From Clostridiaceae bacterium (GTDB taxonomy: Bacteria > Bacillota > Clostridia > Christensenellales > CAG-138): a stretch of DNA of 64,000 nucleotides. The stretch is taken from the NCBI GenBank assembly GCA_039683415.1, contig JBDKRL010000008.1, forward strand, positions 527 to 64,526, given 5' to 3'. The stretch's first letter is position 1; every line of letters starts with the position of its first letter. Shown piece after piece: positions 10,044 through 19,616 of this stretch. Under the pieces are notes generated by a model that had not been told where the DNA came from, did no database searches, and saw only the letters and a list, made by a program, of their open reading frames with translations. Both the position numbers and the translations under genes were made by a program.

Positions 10044-10462
10044 AGAAGTATCCTTCCCGAATGGGTGTTGGCGCATCGAGCATCCTGCTCATCCTCGTCG
10101 TGGTCAGCTTGACGCTGTTTGCCGTGCTTTCTCTGGTGCAGGCAAGGGCGGATGCGGCGCTGACGGAGAAAACCGCATTGAGCGTGAGCGCGTTTTACGA
10201 CGCGGACGCGCGTGCCCAGCAGATGCTTGCCCAGCTTGACGGCGCGATTACCGCAGGTCAGGACCCGACCGCGATCGACGGGGTCACGCGTACGGGAGAA
10301 AACGAATACGCGTTTACTATCGGTTCATTCGACGGGCATACGTTGGACGTAGCCATGCAGGTTGAAAACGGACGCGCGGATGTGACGCGCTACCGCTACG
10401 AAAGCGCGCAGGAGTGGGTCGGAGAAAGCACGGATACGGTTTGGCAGGGAGACGGAGCATGA
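10040..10462 (+). CDS. Pilin-like membrane-anchored protein
   Basis: RMG|VGASSILLILVVVSLTLFAVLSL helix; GTGA overlap. Confidence 0.68.
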   Translation: MKKYPSRMGVGASSILLILVVVSLTLFAVLSLVQARADAALTEKTALSVSAFYDADARAQQMLAQLDGAITAGQDPTAIDGVTRTGENEYAFTIGSFDGHTLDVAMQVENGRADVTRYRYESAQEWVGESTDTVWQGDGA

Positions 10463-11532
10463 CGGAGATTGGTGAAATCCTCAATATAGCGATACAAACG
10501 GGCGGCTCGGATGTGTTCATCATTCCCGGAACGCGCGTTTGCATCAAGGTGTCCGGCGCGGTGCAGCCCATGATGCAGGACGCGGTGCTCAAGCCCGACG
10601 ATACGCGCCGGCTGATCAAACAGGTGTACGAACTGGACGGGCGTGATATGGCGCGCCTGCTCGACCACGGAGACGACGACTTTTCGTTTTCCGTCAGCGG
10701 CGTGGGGAGGTTTCGGTGCAACGCGTATAAACAGCGCAACTCGCTTGCCATGGTGTTGCGCATTGTCTCGCTGAACCTGCCCGACCCGGAAGCGATGCAT
10801 ATCCCAAAGGAAGTGCTCGATCTTTCGACCGTTAAAAAGGGCCTCGTGCTGGTGACCGGCCCTGCCGCAAGCGGAAAATCGACCACGCTGGCCTGCGTGA
10901 TCGACCGCATCAACGCTTCCCGCAGCGGGCACATCATCACCATTGAAGACCCCATCGAGTTCATCCACCCGCATAAAAGGAGTGTCGTTTCCCAGCGGGA
11001 GATTGAACACGATACGGACAGCTATCAATCCGCGCTGCGCGCCGCGCTGCGGCAGGCGCCAGATGTGATTCTTCTGGGGGAGATGCGGGACTTTGACACC
11101 ATTCAAACCGCGCTGACCGCGGCGGAAACCGGCCAGCTCGTGCTCAGCACGCTCCATACCGTTGGAGCCGCAAAGACGATTGACCGCATCATCGACGTGT
11201 TTCCCGCCAACCAGCAGCAGCAGATTCGCGTCCAGCTCTCCATGGTGCTGCGCGCGGTGGTCAGCCAGCAGCTGCTGCCGACGCTGGACGGGTGTCTGGA
11301 ACCCGCGTTTGAGATTATGCTTGCCAACAGCGCGATTCAAAACATGATCCGCGACGGCAAAGCGCATCAAATGGACAACGTGATCTTTTCCGGCATGGAG
11401 GACGGCATGCGTTCTATGGATGCGGATATTTTCCGCCTCTACGAAGCGGGGCGCATCAGCGCGGAAACTGCGCGCCTGTACGCTTCCAATCAGGAAATGA
11501 TGAAGAAAAAATTTGCAGGCTATAAGAGTTAA
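10459..11532 (+). CDS. pilT: PilT/PilU family type IV pilus ATPase
   Basis: Walker A GPAASGKST, Asp box TIEDPIE, Walker B PDVILLGEMRD, His box GQLVLSTLHT, AIQNMIRD helix. Confidence 0.92.
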   Translation: MTEIGEILNIAIQTGGSDVFIIPGTRVCIKVSGAVQPMMQDAVLKPDDTRRLIKQVYELDGRDMARLLDHGDDDFSFSVSGVGRFRCNAYKQRNSLAMVLRIVSLNLPDPEAMHIPKEVLDLSTVKKGLVLVTGPAASGKSTTLACVIDRINASRSGHIITIEDPIEFIHPHKRSVVSQREIEHDTDSYQSALRAALRQAPDVILLGEMRDFDTIQTALTAAETGQLVLSTLHTVGAAKTIDRIIDVFPANQQQQIRVQLSMVLRAVVSQQLLPTLDGCLEPAFEIMLANSAIQNMIRDGKAHQMDNVIFSGMEDGMRSMDADIFRLYEAGRISAETARLYASNQEMMKKKFAGYKS

Positions 11533-11643
11533 CCGAAGAATTTGCCGGGCAGCGCCCGAAAACCAGATAACGAAAAATCGAGCCGGGTAGCGCCCGAAAA
11601 TATGTTTTTGAACTCAAGCGACGCAACAGGAAGGAAGGTCGGC

Positions 11644-12891
11644 ATGTCCCAAACAAAGATAAAAATCAAAATGTTCGGCAATTTTGAAATTATTGTCAAC
11701 GGAAACGTGGTGCTCTCTCAGCTCCGGCAGGCAAAAAAAACCTGCCAGTTTCTGGAGTACCTGATCCTCAAAAAGGATCGCGCGGTACCCCACGAGGAAC
11801 TGCTGGAGATGCTCTGGTCGGATAAAGAAAACAGAAATCCCGCCACCGCGCTCAGGACGCTTTTGCACCGCTACCGCTCGCTCGTGGACGAAAGCGGCCT
11901 GCCGGAGCTTGCGGAATCCATTTTGACCGCGCGCGGCGCGTATCAGTGGAACCCGAACCTCGACTGCGAAATCGACGTGTTCAAGTTCGAGCAGCTCTGC
12001 CAGGAGGCAAGGACGCCCGGCATGTCCAACCGCGACTGCATCGAGCGGTATCTGCAGATGCTGCAGATCTATACAGGGCCGCTGCTCACCAATTCCGCCG
12101 AAGAGATGTGGGTCGTGCCCAAGAGCGTGTATTACCACGACCTCTTTTTAGAGAGCGTGTTTACGCTGCTCGATCTGCTCAAAACGGAAGAGGAGTACGA
12201 TATGATTGTCCAGGTCTGCCGAAAGGCCATGGACGTGGATATGTTCGACGAGCGGCTGCATCTTGAGCTCATGATGGCGCTGGTGAAAACCGGCAAAAAG
12301 CGCGAGGCGCTCTCGCAGTACTATTTTGCCACCGACCTGCATTATAAACAGCTCGGCATCCAGCCCTCCGGCGAGATCCGCGCGGTATACAAACTCATCG
12401 TCCAGGCCGATCAGGAGATGGAAGCGGATATCGAAAAAGTGCAGGGCATGCTCGAGGAGGATTCGGACACCCACGGCGCGTTCGTCTGCGAGTATGAAAT
12501 CTTCAAGGAGATCTATCAGCTCCAGCGCCGCATGCTCGAGCGCTATAACGGCACGATGTTTTTAGCGCTTTTAACCATCAGCAACACCTATGAGCAGCGC
12601 TTTGACAATCTGGTTCTCGACAACATCATGAAGCAGCTGCTGCATGTTTCGCAGTCGAGTCTCCGGCGCGGGGACACGATTTCGCGCTACAGTGTCATGC
12701 AATACGTCGTGCTGCTGCCTTCGGTCACCTACGAAACGGGGCGTCTCGTCATGGATCGTATCAAAAAGGCGTTCTATCAGGAATACGTCAAATCCTCGGT
12801 GGTGCTGACCTATAAACTGCGACCGCTTTGCATTAATAAATACGAAACACCAACCCCGAAACGCGTCAGCGAGCCGCGTGCGGACACCTGA
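11644..12891 (+). CDS. SARP-like transcriptional activator (wHTH + BTAD) with a C-terminal degenerate GGDEF domain
   Basis: IKMFGNFEI...LEYLIL...EELLEMLW...LRTLLHRYR wHTH; BTAD segment DMFDERLHLELMMALVKTG; C-terminal LRRGDTISRYSVMQYVVLL. Confidence 0.85.
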   Translation: MSQTKIKIKMFGNFEIIVNGNVVLSQLRQAKKTCQFLEYLILKKDRAVPHEELLEMLWSDKENRNPATALRTLLHRYRSLVDESGLPELAESILTARGAYQWNPNLDCEIDVFKFEQLCQEARTPGMSNRDCIERYLQMLQIYTGPLLTNSAEEMWVVPKSVYYHDLFLESVFTLLDLLKTEEEYDMIVQVCRKAMDVDMFDERLHLELMMALVKTGKKREALSQYYFATDLHYKQLGIQPSGEIRAVYKLIVQADQEMEADIEKVQGMLEEDSDTHGAFVCEYEIFKEIYQLQRRMLERYNGTMFLALLTISNTYEQRFDNLVLDNIMKQLLHVSQSSLRRGDTISRYSVMQYVVLLPSVTYETGRLVMDRIKKAFYQEYVKSSVVLTYKLRPLCINKYETPTPKRVSEPRADT

Positions 12892-12906
12892 AAAAAGCGT
12901 TGGATC

Positions 12907-12933
12907 AACGGAAGCCAAACGGCTTCCGTTTCT
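12907..12933 (+). terminator. Probable terminator hairpin
   Basis: AACGGAAGCC-AAAC-GGCTTCCGTTTCT. Confidence 0.6.
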
Positions 12934-13089
12934 CGTTTGGCGCCTGCTTATATGAGAAAGCGCAGGCGCGCTGCGCGCGCAAAAAGTCGTAATGGATTAC
13001 TGCTTTTGCCCGTCGGAATCAAAGCGGACTTCGGTGGGGAACCGCGTTGAAAAAAGGCCGAAAAAGGCTGCGATTCCCACGGGGTTCGA

Positions 13090-13118
13090 TTGACACTTTG
13101 TCGCTTGCATGATAGAAT
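13090..13118 (+). promoter_or_regulatory. sigmaA promoter upstream of the capF-like gene
   Basis: TTGACA-N17-TAGAAT with an extended -10 TG. Confidence 0.75.
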
Positions 13119-13323
13119 TTTGGCAGTAAGCGGGGGAGAAGACCCGTTTGGTTTTTATAGGCAAAGCTACATAAAAAACAGTTGATTTACGTCCGCACGG
13201 CGGCAAAAAGGGCGGCTGAACCGCAAAAAACCAATCATGGCTGCAGAGACTTTTATTGATCGGCTCTTCGGAACAAACGGCGTTTGGCATGCAGGACGGG
13301 ACTGAGTAAAGGGAACGGTTGGC

Positions 13324-14442
13324 ATGAAGATATTGATCACGGGTGCCGGTGGTTTCATCGGCAAAAACCTGATCTCCGCGCTGCATACGCATGGATTTTT
13401 CGAAATCCTGCCGTTTGATGCGGACACGCCGATCGAACAGCTGGAACGCTACTGCGCCGAATGCGAATTTGTCTACCACCTGGCCGGGGTCAACCGCCCA
13501 AAATCGCAGGATGAGTTCATGCAGGGTAACTTCGGTTTTACCGATACGCTGCTTCGAACTCTGCTTCGCAACAAGAACCGCTGCCCCGTGATGTTTGCCA
13601 GTTCCACCCAGGCGGCGCAGCCAAATCTCTACGGCAGGAGCAAAAAAGCGGGCGAGGAGCTGCTCTTTCAATACCAGCGGGAAACCGGCGCAAAGATCTA
13701 CGTGTTTCGCTTTCCGTACGTGTTCGGCAAGTGGTCGAAACCGAATTATAACAACCCCGTTGCGACGTTTTGTTATAACGTGTCCCACGATCTGCCGGTC
13801 GTCGTGAGCGACCCTTCCGCTTCGATCAGCCTGACGTATGTGGACGACGTTGCCGAAGCGCTCGTTGCTCTGATTGACGAAACCGCCGTGATGGAAGGAC
13901 CCTATTGCGCGGTGCCGCTTGTTTACACGGCGACGCTGGGTGACGTTGCGGATTGCGTCCGTTCGTTTCAGAACATCCGCTCGCAGAACCTGCTGCCGGA
14001 CATGAGCTCTCCGCTGACGAGGAAGCTCTACGCGACGTATTTGAGCTTTCTGCCGACGATGGAGTTTGCGTACCCTCTCGCCGCGCGCGAGGACGAACAG
14101 GGGCTCTTTGCCGAGTTCATGCGCTTACATGGCGGCGGGCAGGTCAGCGTCTGCGTCACCAAGCCCGGCGCGGTCAAGGGCAACCACTGGCACCATTCCA
14201 GAACCGAGAAAGTCCTCGTTGTTTCGGGCGCGGGTGTGATTCGCTTTTGCAACCCCGGCGCGGACGACGTGATGGAATACCATGTGAGCGCCAAAAAGCT
14301 CGTCGTGGTCGATATCCCGGTTGGTTATGCCCATAGCATAGAAAACACGGGCAAAACGGATCTGGTCATGCTGCTTTGGGCGAGCGAATGGGCGGATCCG
14401 GCGCACCCGGACGACGTTGCTTCGGAGGTTCCGCACTGTTGA
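13324..14442 (+). CDS. CapF/FnlB/WbjC family NAD-dependent epimerase/reductase with a C-terminal cupin domain
   Basis: TGAGGFIG, HLAGVNRP, YGRSKK, FGKWSKPNYN and KGNHWHH motifs. Confidence 0.9.
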   Translation: MKILITGAGGFIGKNLISALHTHGFFEILPFDADTPIEQLERYCAECEFVYHLAGVNRPKSQDEFMQGNFGFTDTLLRTLLRNKNRCPVMFASSTQAAQPNLYGRSKKAGEELLFQYQRETGAKIYVFRFPYVFGKWSKPNYNNPVATFCYNVSHDLPVVVSDPSASISLTYVDDVAEALVALIDETAVMEGPYCAVPLVYTATLGDVADCVRSFQNIRSQNLLPDMSSPLTRKLYATYLSFLPTMEFAYPLAAREDEQGLFAEFMRLHGGGQVSVCVTKPGAVKGNHWHHSRTEKVLVVSGAGVIRFCNPGADDVMEYHVSAKKLVVVDIPVGYAHSIENTGKTDLVMLLWASEWADPAHPDDVASEVPHC

Positions 14443-14547
14443 ATCCCCCGCCGGACACGGAATGCATTCGCGGCGCGGAAACGGCTGTTCCGCGCTGTTT
14501 TTTACGCCGGAACAGAAGGAGAAGAACCATAACGAAAGGCAGACCGC

Positions 14548-15654
14548 ATGACAAAAAGCGAAACCGGAACACCGGAACAACCAAAGATTGCCGAACCGAA
14601 AGCGCATGTCCTGCTGCTGGGCGGAACAGGCCCGCTGCGCGCTGCTGACGCGCCAGCGCCCGCCGGGGACGCGGAGAACCTGTTTTGCGCAAGCGACTAC
14701 CGCTGCAGCGCGCTGTTTTGCGATGCCGGAACACCCAGTCTTTCGGGCGAAACCGGGTCAAACGCGATTGCCTGGCTCAAAAGCGCGGGGATCAGCCTCG
14801 CAGCGCTGTCCGGCATATCCAGCGGGGAACTGGAAGGCACGCTTGCCGCGCTGGGAACCGTTTCCGCTATTGGGGTTGGCCAAAACCAGCCGCTGGCAAA
14901 CCGTGCGGAGATCGTATCGATCAACGGCGTCAGGCTTGGGTTTCTTTGCATGAACGAGTGTACCGGCGACCGAGAGCGGTATGCGGCTGAAGCGGATATT
15001 CTGGAAGCGGATGCGCTTAACCGCGTGCGGGAGCTGCTGCCGCAGTGCGACCATATCGTCGTATTCTGCCGCACGGGGATTCCCGGTTTTGGGCTGCCGC
15101 TGCCGGAATGGCGCGCGCGGTACCGGCGACTGATCAAGGCGGGCGCGAGCGTTGTCTGCGGCATGGAGCCGGACGAGCCGAACGGCTGGGAAGAATATGG
15201 AAACGGGCTGATTCTCTATGGGCTTGGCACGCTGGCGGACGACCGTGCGGGGATGACCAGCCGCTCGCTTGCGGTGCTTCTCTCGTTTCAGCAAAACAAA
15301 GGGTTTGCTTACGGCGCTCGCCTGCTCGAAACGAGCAGCGGAGCAATCGCCCCCTGCATGGAGGAAGCGGCAAAGAACGCGCTCAACGCGCAGAATGCGC
15401 TGCTCCTAGACGAAACGGCTTATCTTGCGGCGGTTGAACAGCGCTGCGCACAGTATTACGAATCCGGTGAATTTGAACTGCTCTTCTGCGGGAAAGCACG
15501 CGGGCCGATTGCGGCTCTTTTACACCCAAAAGCGCAGGAAAACCACCGCGAAGAGGAGGAACGGCTCCGGCAGCTGCTCTTGAGCGAGTCGCGGCAACTG
15601 GTGGTGCTGCGCGCGCTGAAACATAAAAAAGAACACGATTCGACGGAAATTTAG
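14548..15654 (+). CDS. CapA (PGA_cap) family metallophosphoesterase-like protein with degenerate metal ligands
   Basis: CapA-like layout (INGVRLGFL, LPLPEWRARYRRLIKAGASVVCG, LILYGLG), but the His motifs are missing. Confidence 0.6.
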   Translation: MTKSETGTPEQPKIAEPKAHVLLLGGTGPLRAADAPAPAGDAENLFCASDYRCSALFCDAGTPSLSGETGSNAIAWLKSAGISLAALSGISSGELEGTLAALGTVSAIGVGQNQPLANRAEIVSINGVRLGFLCMNECTGDRERYAAEADILEADALNRVRELLPQCDHIVVFCRTGIPGFGLPLPEWRARYRRLIKAGASVVCGMEPDEPNGWEEYGNGLILYGLGTLADDRAGMTSRSLAVLLSFQQNKGFAYGARLLETSSGAIAPCMEEAAKNALNAQNALLLDETAYLAAVEQRCAQYYESGEFELLFCGKARGPIAALLHPKAQENHREEEERLRQLLLSESRQLVVLRALKHKKEHDSTEI

Positions 15655-15912
15655 AGGCTAAAAACGCACGGATACCTGTTTTTACGCGCCGATCTTTGGC
15701 AGGGCAGGCGGCGAAACGTCGCTTTTTTTACCCGGGTTTTATATAAATCAGGGAAAAAGTCACAATACTTGCGCAGAGCAAACGGGAAAGGCACCATAGA
15801 TTGTGCTTCATGTATTGAAAAACGCAAGCGGTAGTGGAGGAAATCGGAACCATGACGCAAAAACGAACAATTATGAAACAATGCTCGAAGGTTGCGCGAT
15901 TTTCTTGCGCTG

Positions 15913-15921
15913 TGATATAAT
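15913..15921 (+). promoter_or_regulatory. Extended -10 promoter of ftsA-ftsZ
   Basis: TGATATAAT upstream of the GGAGGA SD. Confidence 0.55.
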
Positions 15922-15960
15922 ATCGCCGTATATGTTGAGTTGTTGGCGGAGGAAACCGCA

Positions 15961-17142
15961 TTGAAGCCGGCTGCGGTACTGGACATAGGTAGTTCAAAGA
16001 TTGTCTGTTTGTGCGGCAGTTTTGTCAATCGGGATGGCATTACGGTGCACGGCGTATCTGTGTGCCCGTATCACGGATATCAAGGCGGAACCTTTTCGGA
16101 TCATCGTTCCCTCCACAACGCGATCGTAGAGGCGGTTTCCCATACCGAGCAGGAAGCGCGCTTACGCATCCGCGAAATCGCGGTCAGCGTGCCAGCGCCG
16201 TTTTGCAAACTCGTGGTTACGGAAGCCGCGCTGCCCATCGGCAGCCGCTCCAAGCGCGTGATGGCGGAAGATATTGACGACGTCATCTCGCTCTCCCTCA
16301 AAAAGGTCAAACTGAGCGGATATGTGCTTATGCACAGTACGCCCGTGTCCTTTACGGTGGGAGGGGTGGTGTCTTCTACGCTTCCGACGGGTGCGAAGAC
16401 CGAAGAACTCGGCGCGCTCGTTTCCCACATGTATGTTCGGGAAGATTTTGTCAAGGCGATGGAGCAGGTGCTTTTAACGCTCGACATCGAAATCTCCATG
16501 AACGTTTCCGCGCAGCTCTGCGGCGCGCTGGCCATTATCCCCGAGAAGGAACGCGTCCGCCCGGCGATCCTCATCGACGTCGGGTACACGCATACGGACG
16601 TTTCCATGGTGGAAAACGCCGCGCTGACCGATATGCGCACCATCGAGATCGGCGGCAAACACTTTGCCTCCGATCTTGCCTTCGGCCTTGACGTCCCGCT
16701 GGAAACGGCGGAGCAGGTCAAGCGCCGGTACGTGTTTTTGCAGGAGCCGCTGAGCACAACGGAGATCGTCCGTTCGCCTTCCGGCGCAAAGCGCGTCGAT
16801 CATGCGGCCATCGAGCTCATTTTGGAAGCGCGCGCGGGCGAGCTGGTAACGCTCATTCGCGAAGCGCTCAAGGAGATGGGCGTGTCTCCGGAAGCCAGCC
16901 CCGTGACGTATCTCACCGGCGGCGGGTTTGCAATGATGAAGGGTGGAATCGATTACCTCAAGCGCGGACTGCAGCTGACGATTCAGCGCGACGCGCCCTG
17001 GGTTGCCGATATGGATACGCCCAATTTTACAAGCGCATTTGCGGCGCTGGATTTTGTTCTGCGCGCAACGAGCGACGACGTCGTAACCGACACATCGCCC
17101 GGAACGGTAGTGGATAGGCTTAAGAACCTTTTTACCAAATAA
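15961..17142 (+). CDS. ftsA: Cell division protein FtsA (divergent)
   Basis: TTG start after GGAGGA; LDIGSSKI, IDVG, AEQVK and LTGGG actin-fold motifs; directly upstream of ftsZ. Confidence 0.85.
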   Translation: MKPAAVLDIGSSKIVCLCGSFVNRDGITVHGVSVCPYHGYQGGTFSDHRSLHNAIVEAVSHTEQEARLRIREIAVSVPAPFCKLVVTEAALPIGSRSKRVMAEDIDDVISLSLKKVKLSGYVLMHSTPVSFTVGGVVSSTLPTGAKTEELGALVSHMYVREDFVKAMEQVLLTLDIEISMNVSAQLCGALAIIPEKERVRPAILIDVGYTHTDVSMVENAALTDMRTIEIGGKHFASDLAFGLDVPLETAEQVKRRYVFLQEPLSTTEIVRSPSGAKRVDHAAIELILEARAGELVTLIREALKEMGVSPEASPVTYLTGGGFAMMKGGIDYLKRGLQLTIQRDAPWVADMDTPNFTSAFAALDFVLRATSDDVVTDTSPGTVVDRLKNLFTK

Positions 17143-17154
17143 GGGGGACAAACT

Positions 17155-18495
17155 ATGTTTGAACCGGATTTCGAAAACGCATCCTTTGCCCAGATAAAAG
17201 TGATCGGCGTCGGTGGCGCCGGCTGCAACGCGATCAACCGCATGGTTCAGTACGGCCTCAGAGGCGTCGAATTCATTGCGATCAATACCGATAAGCAAGC
17301 GCTGTACCTGGCAAAAGCACCCATCAAGATTCAAATCGGCGAAAAACTGACCAAAGGCCTCGGCGCGGGCGCGGACCCGGAAGTCGGCCGCAAAGCCGCG
17401 GACGAGAGCCGTGAAATGATTACCGAAGCGCTCCGCGGAACGGACATGGCATTCATCACCGCCGGCATGGGCGGCGGCACCGGCACGGGAGCAACCGCAA
17501 TCGTTGCAGAATGTGCCCGCGAACTGGGCATTTTAACCATCGCGGTGGTCACAAAGCCTTTCTCTTTTGAAGGCAAGGTGCGCATGCGCAACGCCGAAAT
17601 CGGCATTGCCGCGCTCAAACCCGCCGTGGATACGCTCATTACGATTCCGAACGACAAGCTCATTGACCTCGTTGGCCGCGCAAGCCTTCCCGATGCGCTC
17701 CGCGTTGCGGACGACGTGCTGCGCCAGGGCATTCAGGGCATTTCCGATTTGATCGCCGTTCCGGCAATGATCAACCTCGACTTTGCGGACGTCAAAACCA
17801 TTATGCGTGAAAAAGGCCTTGCCCACATGGGCATCGGCAACGCCTCCGGCGAAAAACGCGCGGCGGAAGCGGCGCGGCAGGCCATCGAAAGCCCGCTGCT
17901 GGAAACCAGCATCAACGGCGCGCGCGGTGTACTCATGAATATTACGGGCGGCCCGGATCTGAGCCTGCTCGAAGTCAACGAAGCAGCCGAGATTATCGGC
18001 GAAAACGTCGATCCCGAAGCCAACATCATTTTCGGCGCGGATATCGACGAAGCCATGGGCGACGCGCTGCGCATTACCGTAATCGCCACCGGATTTGACC
18101 GCACCGACCGCAGCGGCGGCGCGCAGGTGATTCCCGGTTATGGCACGCCGTTCAGCTCCTACCGGCCGACGTACGGTGGTATGGGCATGGGCGGACAGGT
18201 TCCGCAGTCCCAACCGATGCAGCAGCAGCCCCAGCCGATGCCGATGCAGCCCCAGCCGATGCAGCAGCAGCCGCAGTACCAGCCCCAGCAGCCGATGCGT
18301 CAGAATCCGGGTCAGCCGGTGTATTCCTCGGCGTCGTATGCGCCGCGCCGTCCGGTTGTTGCGGACGAGCCGGTGGCGGCGCCCGTTCCCCAGCAGCGGC
18401 AGGAGCAGCCCTTTGGCGAAGGCGATATCCGCCGGGACTATTCGGACAAGCCCAAGAGCAAGCTGGACGTACCGGCGTTCCTCCGCAACCGGTAA
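17155..18495 (+). CDS. ftsZ: Cell division protein FtsZ
   Basis: GGGTGTG tubulin signature; C-terminal peptide LDVPAFLR. Confidence 0.99.
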   Translation: MFEPDFENASFAQIKVIGVGGAGCNAINRMVQYGLRGVEFIAINTDKQALYLAKAPIKIQIGEKLTKGLGAGADPEVGRKAADESREMITEALRGTDMAFITAGMGGGTGTGATAIVAECARELGILTIAVVTKPFSFEGKVRMRNAEIGIAALKPAVDTLITIPNDKLIDLVGRASLPDALRVADDVLRQGIQGISDLIAVPAMINLDFADVKTIMREKGLAHMGIGNASGEKRAAEAARQAIESPLLETSINGARGVLMNITGGPDLSLLEVNEAAEIIGENVDPEANIIFGADIDEAMGDALRITVIATGFDRTDRSGGAQVIPGYGTPFSSYRPTYGGMGMGGQVPQSQPMQQQPQPMPMQPQPMQQQPQYQPQQPMRQNPGQPVYSSASYAPRRPVVADEPVAAPVPQQRQEQPFGEGDIRRDYSDKPKSKLDVPAFLRNR

Positions 18496-18507
18496 ACAGG
18501 ATGAAAC

Positions 18508-18534
18508 AAAAGCCCCGCTCGCGCGGGGCTTTTT
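18508..18534 (+). terminator. Rho-independent terminator after ftsZ
   Basis: AAAGCCCCGC-TCGC-GCGGGGCTTTTT. Confidence 0.85.
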
Positions 18535-18552
18535 GCGTACAGTAATTGTGTT

Positions 18553-18678
18553 CTTTTTGGGGGATTCTCCCCCAAGACCCCTGACCAAAGGGCACGCCCT
18601 TTGGAAACCCGCAAGATAAGAGAATTACTATAAGGGGTTTAGTGTTTGGGCAGGGTTTGGGGCGCAGCCCCCAAAAAG
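18553..18678. repeat. REP-like elements (family 1) between convergent ftsZ and sanA
   Basis: The reverse complement reads GGGTTTCCAAAGGGCGTGCCCTTTGG...GGGGGAGAATCCCCC; a second hairpin is GGGGCGCAGCCCC. Confidence 0.75.
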
Positions 18679-18679
18679 C

Positions 18680-19369
18680 TCAGTCGTTCGTCAGATTGCC
18701 ATCTCCCCAGATGGGGATTTGCTCGCCAAGGTACGTCGGCTCCGGCATGAACAACGTATAGAAGAAGTCCTTGTTGCGCGCGAGGATTTCCCTGGCAACG
18801 AACATCGGCATGCCCGAATAGGTGTTGAGATCCGCCGCGAGGCCGTACGCTTCCAGCCCCATTTGGTTGGCAATGTAAAGCGCGCGGTAAAGATGGTATT
18901 CCTGCGTCACAATGAGCACCGTTTTCACCTGGAAGATATCCCGCGCGCGGTAGAGACTCTCATAAGTGGAAAACCCCGCGTGATCCATGAAGATGTTCTC
19001 TGAGGGAATGCCTTGCTCAATGGCGTATGTCTTCATGGCGTTGACCTCGTCGTAATCGTCGCGCCCATGATCGCCGCTCATGAGCAGCCGGTCGGAAGCG
19101 CCGCTTTTGTAAGCCGCGATGCCGGTAATCAGCCGATCCTCCAGGATGCCGCTGGGATTGCCGTTTTCCCGTACCAGCGCGCCGAGCACGAGCACGCAGT
19201 CCACGTCGAGGCTGCTCGCTTCTTCCGCCGTGATGATCTGATCCTTGACGGAAGCGCACATGCTTCCGCTGACGGCAAACGGCAGCGAACAGAGCACGAT
19301 CAGCACTATGATTGCGGCAAGCAGGCGGCGTTTCTTTTTGCCTGGAGACAATTCACTTTTCTTCTTCAT
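18680..19369 (-). CDS. SanA/YdcF (DUF218) family protein
   Basis: VLVLGA, LEDRL, LMSGD, MDHAGFSTYES and VTQEYHLYRA motifs. Confidence 0.9.
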   Translation of the reverse strand: MKKKSELSPGKKKRRLLAAIIVLIVLCSLPFAVSGSMCASVKDQIITAEEASSLDVDCVLVLGALVRENGNPSGILEDRLITGIAAYKSGASDRLLMSGDHGRDDYDEVNAMKTYAIEQGIPSENIFMDHAGFSTYESLYRARDIFQVKTVLIVTQEYHLYRALYIANQMGLEAYGLAADLNTYSGMPMFVAREILARNKDFFYTLFMPEPTYLGEQIPIWGDGNLTND

Positions 19370-19458
19370 GCGGGTATTGTATCGTTGTGATGTGAAACCA
19401 GTTCAAAAAAAGACAAAATAAACTGTAAACAGTCATTATGCTAAACAATAGGGAGTTT

Positions 19459-19546
19459 CTTTGCTTCTTTCTTTTTTAAGAAAGAAGAGAGAAAAAGAGA
19501 ATTCTTTGCCTCTTCGTTTTTCAAAAGAAAGAGGAGAAAAGAAACC
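19459..19546. repeat. Pyrimidine/purine hairpin repeat (family 2), two copies
   Basis: TTCTTTCTTTTTTAAGAAAGAAG-type inverted repeats, also seen at 20510, 24329, 24878 and 26790. Confidence 0.6.
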
Positions 19547-19616
19547 CATAACCTGACAATGATACGTCCGGTTTAATCTGGTATACTGAGATTATTCCAA
19601 AGTAAAGGATGCCGCC

